Origin: Antedon mediterranea
Lineage: Eukaryota; Animalia; Echinodermata
DNA: 64,000 nucleotides
Reading direction: 5' to 3'
NCBI RefSeq assembly: GCF_964355755.1
Contig: NC_092672.1
Location: forward strand, 19,419,237-19,483,236
The notes under the pieces are model-generated. The model was not told where the DNA came from. It saw only the letters and a list, made by a program, of their open reading frames with translations, and did not search any database. A program made the translations under genes and the position numbers. Positions 26,547-40,139 of this stretch are shown here, one piece after another. Position 1 is the first letter of the stretch. Each line of letters opens with the position of its first letter.

Positions 26547-27252
26547 TTAAAATTATCATTCAGCTTTTAATAATTCAGCTAGTTTGGGAAAATGTTGTAT
26601 GGATTGGTAGCAAAATTGATTTAAATTTGTTAAACAAGATTAATAAGGCATACTGATCATACCAAGGTTCATCAAGAACTAACAATAAATGAACAAATGA
26701 TAGCAAACTTTTGGGGAACATTTTATTACTCCTCATACAAAATACTTATTTTTAGTACACAGTTAACAGTGTGCTTGTAAATAAATTCTTTTTAATTCTT
26801 TGGCGTTTCATACCTGCTTATTTGTTCATATAACATTGCTAGAATCATTCTATTATTAACAATACAATTGATATCAATAGATAGAACGCATCATTCATAC
26901 GCATTGGCTGTACCTCGATACAATAACTGTTAATCTCTTAATTTAGAATGATAGCATAAAGCATACTGTTCATAGTATTGTACTGAGTTTATATGATCAA
27001 GAACTAAATCATAAATAAACAAATAATAGCAAACTTAAATTGGGTAACATTACTTTTACTCATGTCTGTGAAGTTGGTTACTAAGTTCCTAGGTACTTAT
27101 TCAAATTCAATTAAAGGGACAGTCACAAATGTTTTTAAAAACAGATTTTAATACGTAATAACTGTCTAATTGAGTTGTTTATTGCATCAACATGTTAGCT
27201 TTGACCTCCTCTACTTCTTCCGGTCAAAGTTCATTAACATTTTATTCATTTA

Positions 27253-27568
27253 CACCCTCTACGGCGAATAAGTAACTAGCTTTTACGAACGTTATAACAC
27301 TTGACCTACTTAATTTTTTCAAAATATTTTGGTATAAATCGATCACCCTTGACCTACTTTATCATTTGCCACCCCAGTTCCGCGAACTTTTGTGCATCTA
27401 CGCCCTCTACGGCGAATAAGTAACTGGCTTTACGAACGTTATAACACTTGACCTACTTAATTTTTTCAAAATGTTTTGGTATGGATCGATCACCCTTGAC
27501 CTACTTTACCATTTTCCACCCAGTTCCGCGAACTTTTTTGCATCTACGGCGAATAAGTAACTGGCTGT
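27253..27568. repeat. About 149-bp tandem duplication
   Basis: CTACGGCGAATAAGTAACT...CCCAGTTCCGCGAACTTTT occurs twice, plus the start of a third unit. Confidence 0.8.
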
Positions 27569-29353
27569 CTACAGTACATATACTCCCGAAAATAGCCAAT
27601 TGGACAGACTCCCTCACCCTTCCCATATGATCTCCCATCCCTATACACCTCTCCGCTGGCACCAACAATGTTGTAATATATTGTTATAACAGTACAAATG
27701 TAAATGAACTGATTTATTATTAGACACCGTAATCCTATGCATTAGACTGCGTTTTATATATTATAACAATAGGGATATATCTAGATACTTAAACATTTGT
27801 TTTTCGGCCATTTTCTAATTAACAGCACTTAAAATAATGTGTATATTGTAGTTCAGATCTTCGAAACTGTAAAGAAATATATAAACCATTGTAAAAACTG
27901 TTATAAAGTGGTAATTAGATCTATCATTTATGTTTTTTGTCTTTTTTTAGGCATTTTTCGCCATTGGCGGCCATTTTGTTTAAAAAAACCTATTTCCCCT
28001 ACCTGGATTTTTCTAGACTTTTAGTATGTTCATATTGGGACCTTATAGAAATGCATTGTGGTGAAATAAATTCTGTTGCATTTTTTTCAACCATATTTCA
28101 TAGTTTTCCTGTACTATAATTAATATGTTTTCAGGTAACAGTTGATATCATGAAATTTAAAAAATCCACATTAGTGCCTATTTCACCAAATTGTTTAGTT
28201 TGTGAGGTATAGACGGGTACTACAATATAGTTTTAAATATAAATATTACTGTATATTGTGTTTAAACGACTACTATCACTCAATGAATAGTGTGCGCTTT
28301 TTAATTGTTAATATTAACAGTAACAGTATTAATGAATAGGTTAATTTTGCTGTTATAAGGTAGTGTAAACTGTTTTTAAGTAACAGTTGCTGTAATGACA
28401 TTTGAAAAAAAAACATTAGTTCAGCTTTGTTTTTTTGTGCGCTTTTAGATGGGTACTGTAAGATGATGTCATTATAGGCCTATGTGGGTGATTTTAAATT
28501 CAGAGATTTGTTCAAACATTCTATGTCTATGTCACACAGCCGCAACTACGGCTCTTTCGGATATGTAATTCCTGGTAACTACCGGCAAACAACGATAAAT
28601 AGCCACAACTGTACACATAAAAATGTAAAAAGTAAATTTAATAATCTTTGACAAACAATTCTTTCTCTTATAATCCAAACCCCCCCCCCCCCCCAAAAAA
28701 AAAAAAACCACAAAAAAAACCAAGCAATTCCCAAACAATGATACAGTATCCCTATTCCCCACACAATTTATACCATTCCCCAAATTCCCAATCCTTCCAA
28801 ACAAAATATCAACCATCTTCTTAGTGTCAAATAAATCCCAGAAACACCCCTTTCACATCCAATACTATCCCAAGGTCAATAATTAAACAAATAATAAAGG
28901 TCCACAATTTCGTCACTTCTTGTCTTCTTCTATCTCAATGCTGACACAAAACAAATTAGAAAGATAAAAGTTAATTATTAAAGAAGCGGAAATTTTATGA
29001 TAATCATCAGTGTCTGCTAATGAACATATATTATCTTGCAAGTTACTTTGACAGTTAATACTAATATTTGTATATTGTATGACACTGCTGTGTAATCTAT
29101 TCAACTTGCAGTACAATGTGGTTAAATAAACTCATCACTAAACCATTGATTGGAAAAGATAAGGTTTAGAATACTTGAATATTGCATTGGAAATACTTTT
29201 TCTTTTAACAAAAAAAGTTATAGTTGGTAATGACCTGTCATTCTGCTCTATATACTCAGCCTGCCTCCATCTGTCTTTAAAATTAAAATTAAGATTATGG
29301 TTATGATATTGAATGAAACTGTTGAATTGTGTATTATTATTTTATCACAACAG

Positions 29354-32300
29354 AACCAGTCTCTGAAGAAAAACTTGAGAGACCAGAAATTCCTAAAGGG
29401 TTCAGGAACAAATTTGTAAGCAAACTTCGCTCTGCAAGAGAAGGTGGTGACTCTAAAATGGATAGCAACAAGTTTGTTATGAACATCTGGGACTTTGGTG
29501 GTCAACCAATTTACCATGTGATACAACGGGTACATTTTATTGGTGTATTTAATTTTTATTAATAGAGATTAGTTTGCCGTCAATATTTAATATACATGCC
29601 TCCATCTGAGGTTGTGAACATTTACTTTGTCTTTTGGCCTTGTTACAATATCAGCACTGAAATCAAAAAGCTTGCTCACTCACAAAGATAAAATACATTT
29701 GGAATATCAGAATTTCGGTATGCCAGCCAAAGGGTGTCCAGTTTTGAGAGACTTTAAGTAAAATAGTATTCATTGATGTCTACCATAATGTAATATTAGC
29801 CTAGATGGATAACAAAGAGGGAGAGAGAGAGAGGAAGAATGGAATAAAACATTCATTATATATTAAACCAATGATTAAGATTGTAAATGTTTCCAAGGTG
29901 AACATGCACTTTGTGAGGAAAATAAAAGTATCAAATAATCAGTTCGTTGTGCCAGTATCTGACACATGTGTATAAACAGTTTGTAATATTGACTATTATG
30001 ATTATGTTTACTAGATATTCATGGTATCTTATGCTGTTGTATGTGTGGTATTCAACCTGAATGAAGGTCTTAATGCCCCAGCTAAAGTTCGTGATCCAAC
30101 AACTGTAAGTAGATTTTACAAATTTCAAATGTTTATGTAATTGTACATAAATAAAATGTTTCCTTCAAGTTATTCTTTACCTTAACACAAACTGTGCCAA
30201 TAGCAGATGCCTGATATATGATTGTTGTTATTTCCACTTCTATGATAGTGTTGTTAATAGCAGATGCCTGATATATGATTGTTGTTATTTCCACTTCCAT
30301 GAAAGTGTTGTTAATAGCAGATGCCTGATATATGATTGTTGTTAATTCCACTTCCATGATAGTGTTGTTAATAGCAGATGCCTGATATATGATTGTTGTT
30401 AATTCCACTTCCATGATAGTGTTGTTAATAGCAGATGCCTGATATAATATGATTGTTGTTAATTCCACTTCCATGATAGTGTTGTTAATAGCAGATGCCT
30501 GATATATGATTGTTGTTAATTCCACTTCCATGATAGTGTTGTTAATAGCAGATGCCTGATATATTTATTTTAGGTAAAGGAAATAGAAAATATACTTTGG
30601 AAAGCTCTGGAAGGAAAACCATTTGAAGACATGGTGTATCAAGGAGAGCTCTTTACTATTGAAAACAGTGTCCCATTTGAAAAGAGCGGTGCTTCTAAAA
30701 TCATTCTCCAAATACAAAAATTAGTCCAGATGATGATTCTTACTTTTCCAATTAAATGGCTGCAAGTACTGCTGGATATACAACAGTTACGAAAAGCCAA
30801 ACTATATCTACCAACTTCTGAGGTTAGAATAAAAATATCTTTAACAAATCGATTGATGAATGTGTCTTTTAATGTTTAACATCCATTACATTTGAAGCAT
30901 TAAACCCTGTTTTCTGAGTATTGCGTTGCATTGAATGGTGTTAATTAAAGTGAAAAAAAAGCAAACTCTTTTCATTACATTTGAAATTGTGTGGGATACA
31001 AGTTTGTTATTGATAGTAATATAACAGTAATCCCTGCTTTTCTGTCTGTGTTAATTGACTGTTTATGTTGAATCTTCAACAAATGTTTATCAAACAGGAA
31101 CGGTGCAATTTTAGTAGAGTACCAAGTACCAAAACAAAAGGAACATTTTTTGTCCTCTAATAATTATTGAAGTAAGTGGTGAACCTTGAGTTTACTGTTG
31201 GTTGGGAAAATTTCAGAATTCAAATCTATCCTTGCATGATAAAGTATTATGTCCTATATAAACAACCTTTCAACAACGAAATAAATGATAACATCAACAG
31301 AAAACCAGTTTGTAATTAATCAACATTTTTTTTTTCATTATGATATTTATTTACCATTTTAGATTAATGACTTACTTGCTCGGTGTAAGATAACTGACAG
31401 AAAACTGTTTCTTGAGTACTTGCACGACATCGGCGAAATTCTGTTCTACCCAGATGACAAGATCTTCAAAGAAAAAATTGTTATAGATTTGATGGGAGTA
31501 GTTGACAAGTTTAAAACAATCATCACAGTTATAGATCCCAGCATTCAGGTTATCAAACTTCACTTCTTTGAGTGGTGTCAATCATTGGTGAATATCAGAC
31601 GTAAACATTGTGGTAATTTTTTTTTAGTGTGATGGATTTAGCTGTAAAAATGTAATATCTGCCACACAGAGAATGAAATTATACCTTATTAATTCTATTA
31701 TATTCTAATACTAAAATATGTATTTTTAAACATATTACTGTACCACTCCCATTAAGAGAAGACCCAACAAAGTGTCTCCTTAATAGAGGTTAGCTATGGT
31801 GTTAATCTGCCTCTCATTTATTTCACAAGTAAGTTTTAATAAGGTTTAAGGGAAGACCCAACAAAGTGTCCCCTTAATAGAGGTTAGCTATGGTGTTAAT
31901 CTGCCTCTCATTCATTTCACAAGTAAGTTTTAATAAGGTTTAAGGGAAGACCCACCAAAGTGTCCCCTTAATAGAGGTTAGCCATAGTGTTATCTGCCTC
32001 TCATTCATTTCCCAAGTAAGTTTTAATAAGGTTTAAGGGAAGACCCAACAAAGTGTCCCCTTAATAGAGGTTAGTCGTGGTATTAATCTGCCTCTCATTC
32101 ATTTCACAAGTAAGCTTCAATAAGCTTTTCCCAAAGGAGAGATTCTACTGAATCTACTTTTGTGCTTTTATGCTTTTTAGCCATCTCTGAAACAGCTTTG
32201 GAGAAATTTAAATCGGGGCAAACTAGATGAAAGACTGTTGCAGCATATTTGGAAGGATGAGTCAGATGAGATGATTATCTTCTTTGTGTCTCTCATGCAA

Positions 32301-35300
32301 ACCTTTGGGTTAATGTGTGAAAAAAGGAGTCAAGAGGTATTTACATTTTATTTAACATTTTAGTTTAATTATTTGTTCATATATTCTATCTAGGACTCGT
32401 GTTCCATTTTTGTTTCTACAGAATGTTGGACGAATGTTCTATGTTCTTTCACGCCTAAAGCCCCAACGTGATGATACAAAGGCTGCTGAATATGAAGAGA
32501 AGCATGCTATTTCTCTCTTTCATGACTTTGATGGCTACCTTCCAGATGATCTCTTCCAACGTGTTGCAACTAAATTTATTGAGGAATTTCAAATGGAAGA
32601 TGTTGAGCCTACATTGTCTTATGAGCATGTAGAACTGAATGTTGATGGCCATCATCTTGTGCTTCTAAATGTTGCTACTATTAACAACCGTCGTTTGTTC
32701 CAGGTAAAATAATAATAAATAGTTTTATTCAATTCTACTCAAAAGTCTATTATTTCGACCAAAAAACAATGAGGTAAAACAACAATAATGACAAATAATG
32801 GATGACGGCAGAATCCAATGAAGATGAAAATCTTGATAGACAAGTTAATTATATGGACTTTTAGATTAGAGTAAAAATGTTTAAAGGATTGATATGTTTT
32901 TTTTGTAATTGCAGACAACAATTGTCAGAACGACAATCATGAAAACAGAATCAGGAAGCAGCTCTCCTGAAGATGATGATCCACAACCTAGCATCTGTAA
33001 GAAGGTAAGCCAGTATCAAACATTCTACACTTTATTTAGAATAACCTCCAACTTGTTGCTTTTACATCTTTCACAAGCATAATTCTATTTACACAATTAG
33101 CCATTAGAAATACTGATATATGCCTCTTAATTTGTTCCTTTTTAATTGTTATTGCATTACTGTTACAACTTTATTTATTTTTCAGGTGCTTAGTTTCCTT
33201 CAAAAAGAATTAGACTTTTTGAGTGAGAAGAATGCACATGGTGTTAAAGTAAAGATGTACATCCCTTGTGTGTGTGCTTCAAAAGGTGAACCTACTCATA
33301 TGCATGTTGTACGCAAATTTGACAAAGATGTGTTGCCATGTGGAAGCAGAGGAATGGAAGTGAAACGTTACCATAATCTGTTTGGAGACAATGTCCTATC
33401 AAAGGGTAAATTATTATTATTATTATGAAGCCTAGGTAGGATGTTGACGAAAAATGAATAATATAATACAATCTTGCAATAATGCAATGTTATTTTTCTC
33501 TAGGGTAAAACTACAAAATCACTTTAACGGATTTGTATAAATTTAACACAAAAAATGAACACATACCAATATTTGTTCCTTTCCAAAATGTCAGATATAT
33601 GTGTATATATCAAGTAACTTATAGTATTATGCCCTAAATAATGCTGGTTTCAACTGATAGATGTATTTTTGGGCAAAGTTCATTTCTCTATTTGTTACTA
33701 TGCCTTGAGACCCTTGTTGTAAATGTATGTATCATTTGTGTCTGTACACATTAGAAGCTAGATAAAATTAAAAGATTTACAGTAGTACGCATTTTTTATG
33801 ATTTTCAATTCATAGTGAAAGCCTAAATATCTGTTATTATTTAACCTTCTTTTTTCCAGAGGAGTCCATTGAAGACAAGTATGTGAATAACATTGGTAAA
33901 TATGACTTTTACAGATACAGACGTATTTCGTATCATAATATATTGAATACACTTCTACTAGTAAGCAACTACTACATAGGCATTGGATAGAATATTAAAA
34001 ATCTATATGCAATTCTTATAGGATTTTTATATTTTTACATCTGTTATTGAAATAGAATTAATATCACTTTCATAGCATACACTGTTAGTACCTCTAGTTG
34101 ATGAGGAATATGATACCACTCAATGTAAATGGCATAATTGTTTCAAAATATTACTTCTTCTTTGTACATATGACAATATAGTATTGTTTACACATTAGTA
34201 CAGCAATTAGTACATTCTGGAAGACTTGATTGAACCTTATTTTTGTATTATTATATGTAGCCTTAATATTGCTTATTATGTTTTAAAAACATTGTTTGTT
34301 TGAACTTTTGAGACAGATCCATGTAAAAATAATAAAAAGAAAATTTAAAAATGTTTTTTTTTTAAATCATAGACTATGTGGATGACCTTACTATTGAAAG
34401 TGTGTCTACAGAGATGGATCTTTCCTGTAGACGATTTGGTGTTCGTTTGGGGCTTACATGGTCTACAGTGAATACTATATTTGATAATGAAAAGCAGACA
34501 GATAAAGCTACAGCAAACATGCTGAAACGTTGGAGAAGCAGCATTGGTAGTGACTTTAATCAGCAACAAGTATTGTGCACCGCACTAAGGCATCATGATC
34601 GTAATGATCTTGCTGATCTGCTGTTTCAGAAATACATTGACGATGAAATACCCAAGGTTATCAAACCTTCAGGTATATAGCATTATATTGTGATTCCTGC
34701 CATTAAATAGTATAAAAATAATGAATGTTTATAAGTACAATGGCACAAATAATTTATGAGGTGAAAATATATAAAATTTTCATCTTTCACCTAAGAAAAT
34801 ATTTTTACTATTTTTACCTTTAGTTTTAATGAAAGGAAAGGCCTAAATCATTCAAATGGTTGATCCAACGTGGTCATTCAACTACAACCTAGCCTCTTGT
34901 AACTTGTGGTTGCTCACTCACCGTGTAACAAAAACAAACATGCAAAAACTAAATTTCAGTGCTCTTGTGCACATATATCAACATTGCACTCTCAATGACG
35001 TCATTAAAAGAGCAATAGCACATTTTAATAAAAAATAACTCACAATTCTCCAAATGGATTAAGAATCTTCTTAGGTGTGTTATAAAGGTTGTGTCGGTTT
35101 ATTTAATTTATTCAGATATTGTTTGTATTAATATTTTTATTTAAATTTGTTAATTGACACAAAATTATGTTTATTTTCTATGGACAAATGATTCCAAAAT
35201 AAAAGATTGAATGGAATTGTGAGTTGAATTTTAATTGAAACAGAACTCATTATCTTAACGCCTTTATTATTTCACAGCTCGTTTTGATGATCAAGATCTA

Positions 35301-36136
35301 CTGTTCATCTGTGACAATTTAGGTCAACATTGGAGAAGATTAGCAGTGCGCCTTGGAATTAAATGGGATGTTATCAGTAATATCACAGGTAAAAACAGAC
35401 ATGATGAAGATGACATAATGGTAGTCCTGGTTAAGTGGAGAGGTAGACAAAGAGCAGCACATCAAATACCTACAATGATCAAGGCTTTAAAACAACAAGG
35501 ACGTGTTGATTTAGCTGATAGCCTGTGTACAAGACATGAATACAAAGATGACGTCAGTTCAGAAGTTCCAATGTTTACAGACCAATCAGGACAAGGTGGG
35601 TAACGCTTATTATTCTTAATATGTTATTGTAACTATATACCTGATTATATTTTTTTTATTTACTTTTTATAAGATTGTTGAGAGATGGACAAACATGATT
35701 AAATATTACATTTTGTTTTTCAAATGTTTTAACATTTGAAAAACAAAATGTAGCCTATAGGCATATTGGAGGATTTTTTTAATTCAAATATTAAAATTGT
35801 TGTTTTCATTATTAATAATTGTATATAACATACACGATCAAAATTGTTTTAATTAAATGTATTTTTACAGGATGCTTAACAGACTTGGACTTCCTGATAA
35901 TTTCTCTGAAAATGACAGAATGGAAGAGTTTTTGCAGGGGTCTTGGTATTGCTGATGTTGAACTATCACAAAATGAGAGAAAATATTTCATGCTTACTGT
36001 AGAAGCAACTATGGAATCACTGGTACAATGGCGATGTAAGCAAGGAAGAGATGTGAACCAACGAGAGGAAGTAATAAAAGCCTTAAGAGCAGTTGAGAGA
36101 ATGGATATTGTACAATTACTAGAAACAGTCTATTGA
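29354..36136 (+). CDS. ROCO-family paralog B: partial Roc - COR - three death domains; no G1, G2 or G4 exon found
   Basis: In-frame GT-AG exons 29354-29529 (MNIWDFGGQPIYHVIQR), 30015-30104, 30574-30822, 31363-31548 (LEYLHDIGEILFY), 32181-32336, 32422-32703, 32915-33004, 33186-33405, probable microexon 33860-33895, 34373-34672, 35278-35595, 35871-36136 (TGA); intron positions and phases match paralog A; AATAAA at about 36185 and 36238. Confidence 0.88.
30199..30563. repeat. 57-bp minisatellite, about 6.4 copies
   Basis: Unit AATAGCAGATGCCTGATATATGATTGTTGTTAATTCCACTTCCATGATAGTGTTGTT; ends about 10 bp before exon 30574. Confidence 0.95.
31758..32125. repeat. 94-bp tandem repeat, about 4 copies (probably MITE-derived)
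   Basis: GAAGACCCAACAAAGTGTCCCCTTAATAGAGGTTAG at about 31758, 31852, 31946 and 32039. Confidence 0.9.
34373..34672 (+). CDS. Death domain 1 exon of paralog B (phase 1-1)
   Basis: RRFGVRLGLTWSTV...NMLKRWR...LCTALRHHDRNDLAD death-domain pattern. Confidence 0.85.
35278..35595 (+). CDS. Death domain 2 exon of paralog B (phase 1-1)
   Basis: LGQHWRRLAVRLGIKWDVI...VLVKWR...MIKALKQQGRVDLAD. Confidence 0.88.
35871..36136 (+). CDS. Death domain 3, terminal exon of paralog B
   Basis: EWKSFCRGLGIADVEL...SLVQWR...VIKALRAVERMDIV followed by TGA. Confidence 0.88.
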
Positions 36137-38111
36137 GAACAGTAGACCATATGAACTGTAGTTGTATGGTAACTCAGTTCAACAAATAAACAATTTGTAT
36201 GAACAATAGGAGATACAGTACATAGTTTATAAAGGACAATAAAGAATTGAATTGAAACAATGTTTTTAGATCTTTAAGTATGTCTTAATAGACCAAAGGA
36301 ATACAAGTACTCTAATATAGGTCACGTACCTGACATGAGATTTCAAGTATGTGTTATATATGTGTGGGTATTTTTTAATCTGCTTAAATCTTAAATAAAA
36401 AATAATGCCTTTCAAAAAGGCAGTGCTCCAATTTTGGACGTGGAGTAGAACTAACAGACAGTGTAATACTACTGGTTGCTTGAACATGATCAGTCAACAG
36501 CCTAGACTCTTCTCAAGTGTGTGGTTACTCAATCTCTGTAACAAAAATAAATGCGCAAAACCGAATTGCAGTATTCAATTGTATATACTGATGCCACATA
36601 CAGTGCCGTACTGTAGTATATTTATTTAATGTCATATCACCCACAATGTGCATGTGATTTAAGTTGTGTACTCACAAAACCATACCACATACTGTTTGAT
36701 AACAAAACAATTATCAGCTGCTATCTATACTAGTGTGTGTGACTGATCAACAAGCCTCTGAAAATTTAAAACAGAATGGTTCCTTTCTCCCCATTCATCA
36801 CCAACATAAAAGATATTTTTACTAGCCATACAGATGCCTCCAATCAGTCAATCACATTCAATATTAGAATGTAACTTGACTCATTTATGCTATATTTTGA
36901 TGAAACTGCAATAAGTAATTGACTTTTTTGTTTGTTTTTTATATATATATATAGTCAGTCATGTCAATGATAGAGATACATTGTCCAAGATGAGTCTTAG
37001 CAATTTGTGCGGCTATGGTGGCTATGGTTAGTGTTAGCGCTTGTGGTGTACCCAAAGTTTTACATGAGAAATATGTGTAAATAATAACACACTGTATATT
37101 AATTAGCAATATACTTGAATGTTAACATTCATAATTGCGCTACATAAATTTAAAACCATTAAAAGTCAAAGATTTAAATGTCTCATGGCATAGCTTTTTT
37201 CAATCTTTTTTATTGAATTGACTAAAATTATAAAATTATCTGGTAAAGATAATGTACAATTTTGTGGTTTATGCGTTAATCACAATTAAATACATCGAAT
37301 ATATACATTTACTAAAGCCAAATTAGTTAATGCATAATATATTTCATATTCTATTTTAATAAATGATATACAATATATATTTTGTTTTGTATTGTATTTT
37401 TGTTTCTCTATTTTCTTTTAAATCTCAATGCGAGTCACAAGTAAATTCATATAATGTTAAGGTAAATTGGTTTCAATCTTGCAAACATAAATGATTATTA
37501 TTACATTATTTCTGAATTTAGTAAAGGATTGGACTATTGATTTGTATGCACTTAATTTAGGACAGACTAACTTTTTTCGACATCCTGCACAGAAGCCTTA
37601 CAAATTTGTAGTAATTTAGACTTACAAATGTTGATTGATGGCCATATCATCTTTTTTTGATAGTTGACAGACTTGCTAAACAGAACAAAAGGTGCGGAGA
37701 TGGGATAATTTACTGTATAACAGCAATTATTTTTTACCCCCGGTGTGTCATTTTTCAATAATGGTTGCCCAGGTATGGGACCTTTTTTTCTAAGTATCAC
37801 TATATCTATAAACATTAAATATTTTGCATGAGAACTTATGGCGAAATTACTTTTATTTTGTTTGTGGATATAATTTTTTTTTTTAATAATTTATATATAA
37901 CTCTGACCTATTTACCAAAAGAACATAGTTCATACTTTGATACACCACCTGATTATGCAAATTATGTACTGCATTCTCTTGATTGGCATAGATAAAGTCC
38001 TTGAAATACTATATTGCTATAATAACTGTTTTCCAAAGCTTGAGAATGTACTTAACGCTTTTATTTATTAAAACTCATCAGAAACATTAAATTGTATTTG
38101 ATGTTTTTGTA

Positions 38112-40061
38112 AACAAGCCCTATAGGACTAATATTGTATTGATTGGCATACAATAAAATTACACTATACTGCTGTCATAGTACTTGCCTAACAAGCCCTA
38201 TAGGACTAATATTGTATTGATTGACATACAATAAAATTACACTATACTGCTGTCATAGTACTTGGCTAACAAGCCCTATAGGACTAATATTGTCTTGATT
38301 GGCATACAATAAAATTACACTATACTGCTGTCATAGTACTTGGCAAACAAGCCCTATAGGACTAATATTGTATTGATTGGCATACAATAAAATTACACTA
38401 TACTGCTGCCATAGTACTTGGCTAACAAGCCCTATAGGACTAATATTGTCTTGATTGGCATACAATAAAATTACACTATACTGCTGTCATAGTACTTGGC
38501 TAACAAGCCCTATAGGACTAATATTGTATTGATTGACATACAATAAAATTACACTATACTGCTGTCATAGTACTTGGCTAACAAGCCCTATAGGACTAAT
38601 ATTGTATTGATTGACATACAATAAAATTACACTATACTGCTGTCATAGTACTTGGCTAACAAGCCCTATAGGACTAATATTGTATTGATTGACATACAAT
38701 AAAATTACACTATACTGCTGTCATAGTACTTGGCTAACAAGCCCTATAGGACTAATATTGTATTGATTGGCATACAATAAAATTACACTATACTGCTGTC
38801 ATAGTACTTGGCTAACAAGCCCTATAGGACTAATATTGTATTGATTGACATACAATAAAATTACACTATACTGATGTCATAGTACTTGGCTAACAAGCCC
38901 TATAGGACTAATATTGTATTGATTGACATACAATAAAATTACACTATACTGATGTCATAGTACTTGGCTAACAAGCCCTATAGGACTAATATTGTCTTGA
39001 TTGGCATACAATAAAATTACACTATACTGCTGTCATAGTACTTGGCTAACAAGCCCTATAGGACTAATATTGTATTGATTGGCATACAATAAAATTACAC
39101 TATACTGCTGTCATAGTACTTGGCTAACAAGCCCTATAGGACTAATATTGTCTTGATTGGCATACAATAAAATTACACTATACTGCTGTCATAGTACTTG
39201 GCTAACAAGCCCTATAAGACTAATATTGTCTTGATTAACATACAATAAAATTACACTATACTGCTTTCATAGTACTTGGCTAACAAGCCCTATAGGACTA
39301 ATATTGTATTGATTGACATACAATAAAATTACACTATACTGCTGTCATAGTACTTGGCTAACAAGCCCTATAGGACTAATATTGTATTGATTGACATACA
39401 ATAAAATTACACTATACTGCTGTCATAGTACTTGGCTAACAAGCCCTATAGGACTAATATTGTATTGATTGACATACAATAAAATTACACTATACTGCTG
39501 TCATAGTACTTGGCTAACAAGCCCTATAGGACTAATATTGTATTGATTGACATACAATAAAATTACACTATACTGCTGTCTGCCATAGTACTTGGCTAAC
39601 AAGCCCTATATGACTAATATTGTATTGATTGACATACAATAAAATTACACTATACTGCTGTCATAGTACTTGGCTAACAAGCCCTATAGGACTAATATTG
39701 TATTGATTGACATACAATGTAATTACACTATACTGCTGTCATAGTACTTGGCTAACAAGCCCTAGGACTAATATTGTATTGATTGACATACAATAAAATT
39801 ACACTATACTGCTGTCATAGTCCTTGGCTAACAAGCCCTATAGGACTAATATTGTATTAATTAGCATACAATAAAATTACACTATACTGCTGTCATAGTA
39901 CTTGGCTAACAAGCCCTATAGGACTAATATTGTATTGATTGGCATACAATAAAATTACACTATACTGCTGTCATAGTACTTGGCTAACAAGCCCTATAGG
40001 ACTAATATTGTATTGATTGGCATACAATAAAATTACACTATACTGCTGTCATAGTACTTGG
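38112..40061. repeat. 78-bp satellite array, about 25 near-identical copies
   Basis: Unit AACAAGCCCTATAGGACTAATATTGTATTGATTGGCATACAATAAAATTACACTATACTGCTGTCATAGTACTTGGCT. Confidence 0.97.
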
Positions 40062-40139
40062 ACCTATCTCGCTCTCTCCATTTTTGTTTGAATATTTCAT
40101 TTTTCAATGGATTCTCTAGAATAACAGTGACGGATAAGA

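Noticed and set aside
30133-30531. 132-aa repetitive ORF on the minus strand
   Set aside because: Translation of the 57-bp minisatellite, antisense within an intron
35707-35752. 22-bp perfect inverted repeat between death-domain exons as a splicing regulator
   Set aside because: AT-rich and short, with no evidence of function
104-36136. Naming the genes LRRK2, DAPK1 or MFHAS1
   Set aside because: No kinase or LRR exons seen and the architecture differs; orthology cannot be supported
38112-40061. CRISPR array
   Set aside because: Units are contiguous and near-identical with no unique spacers; eukaryotic context and no cas genes
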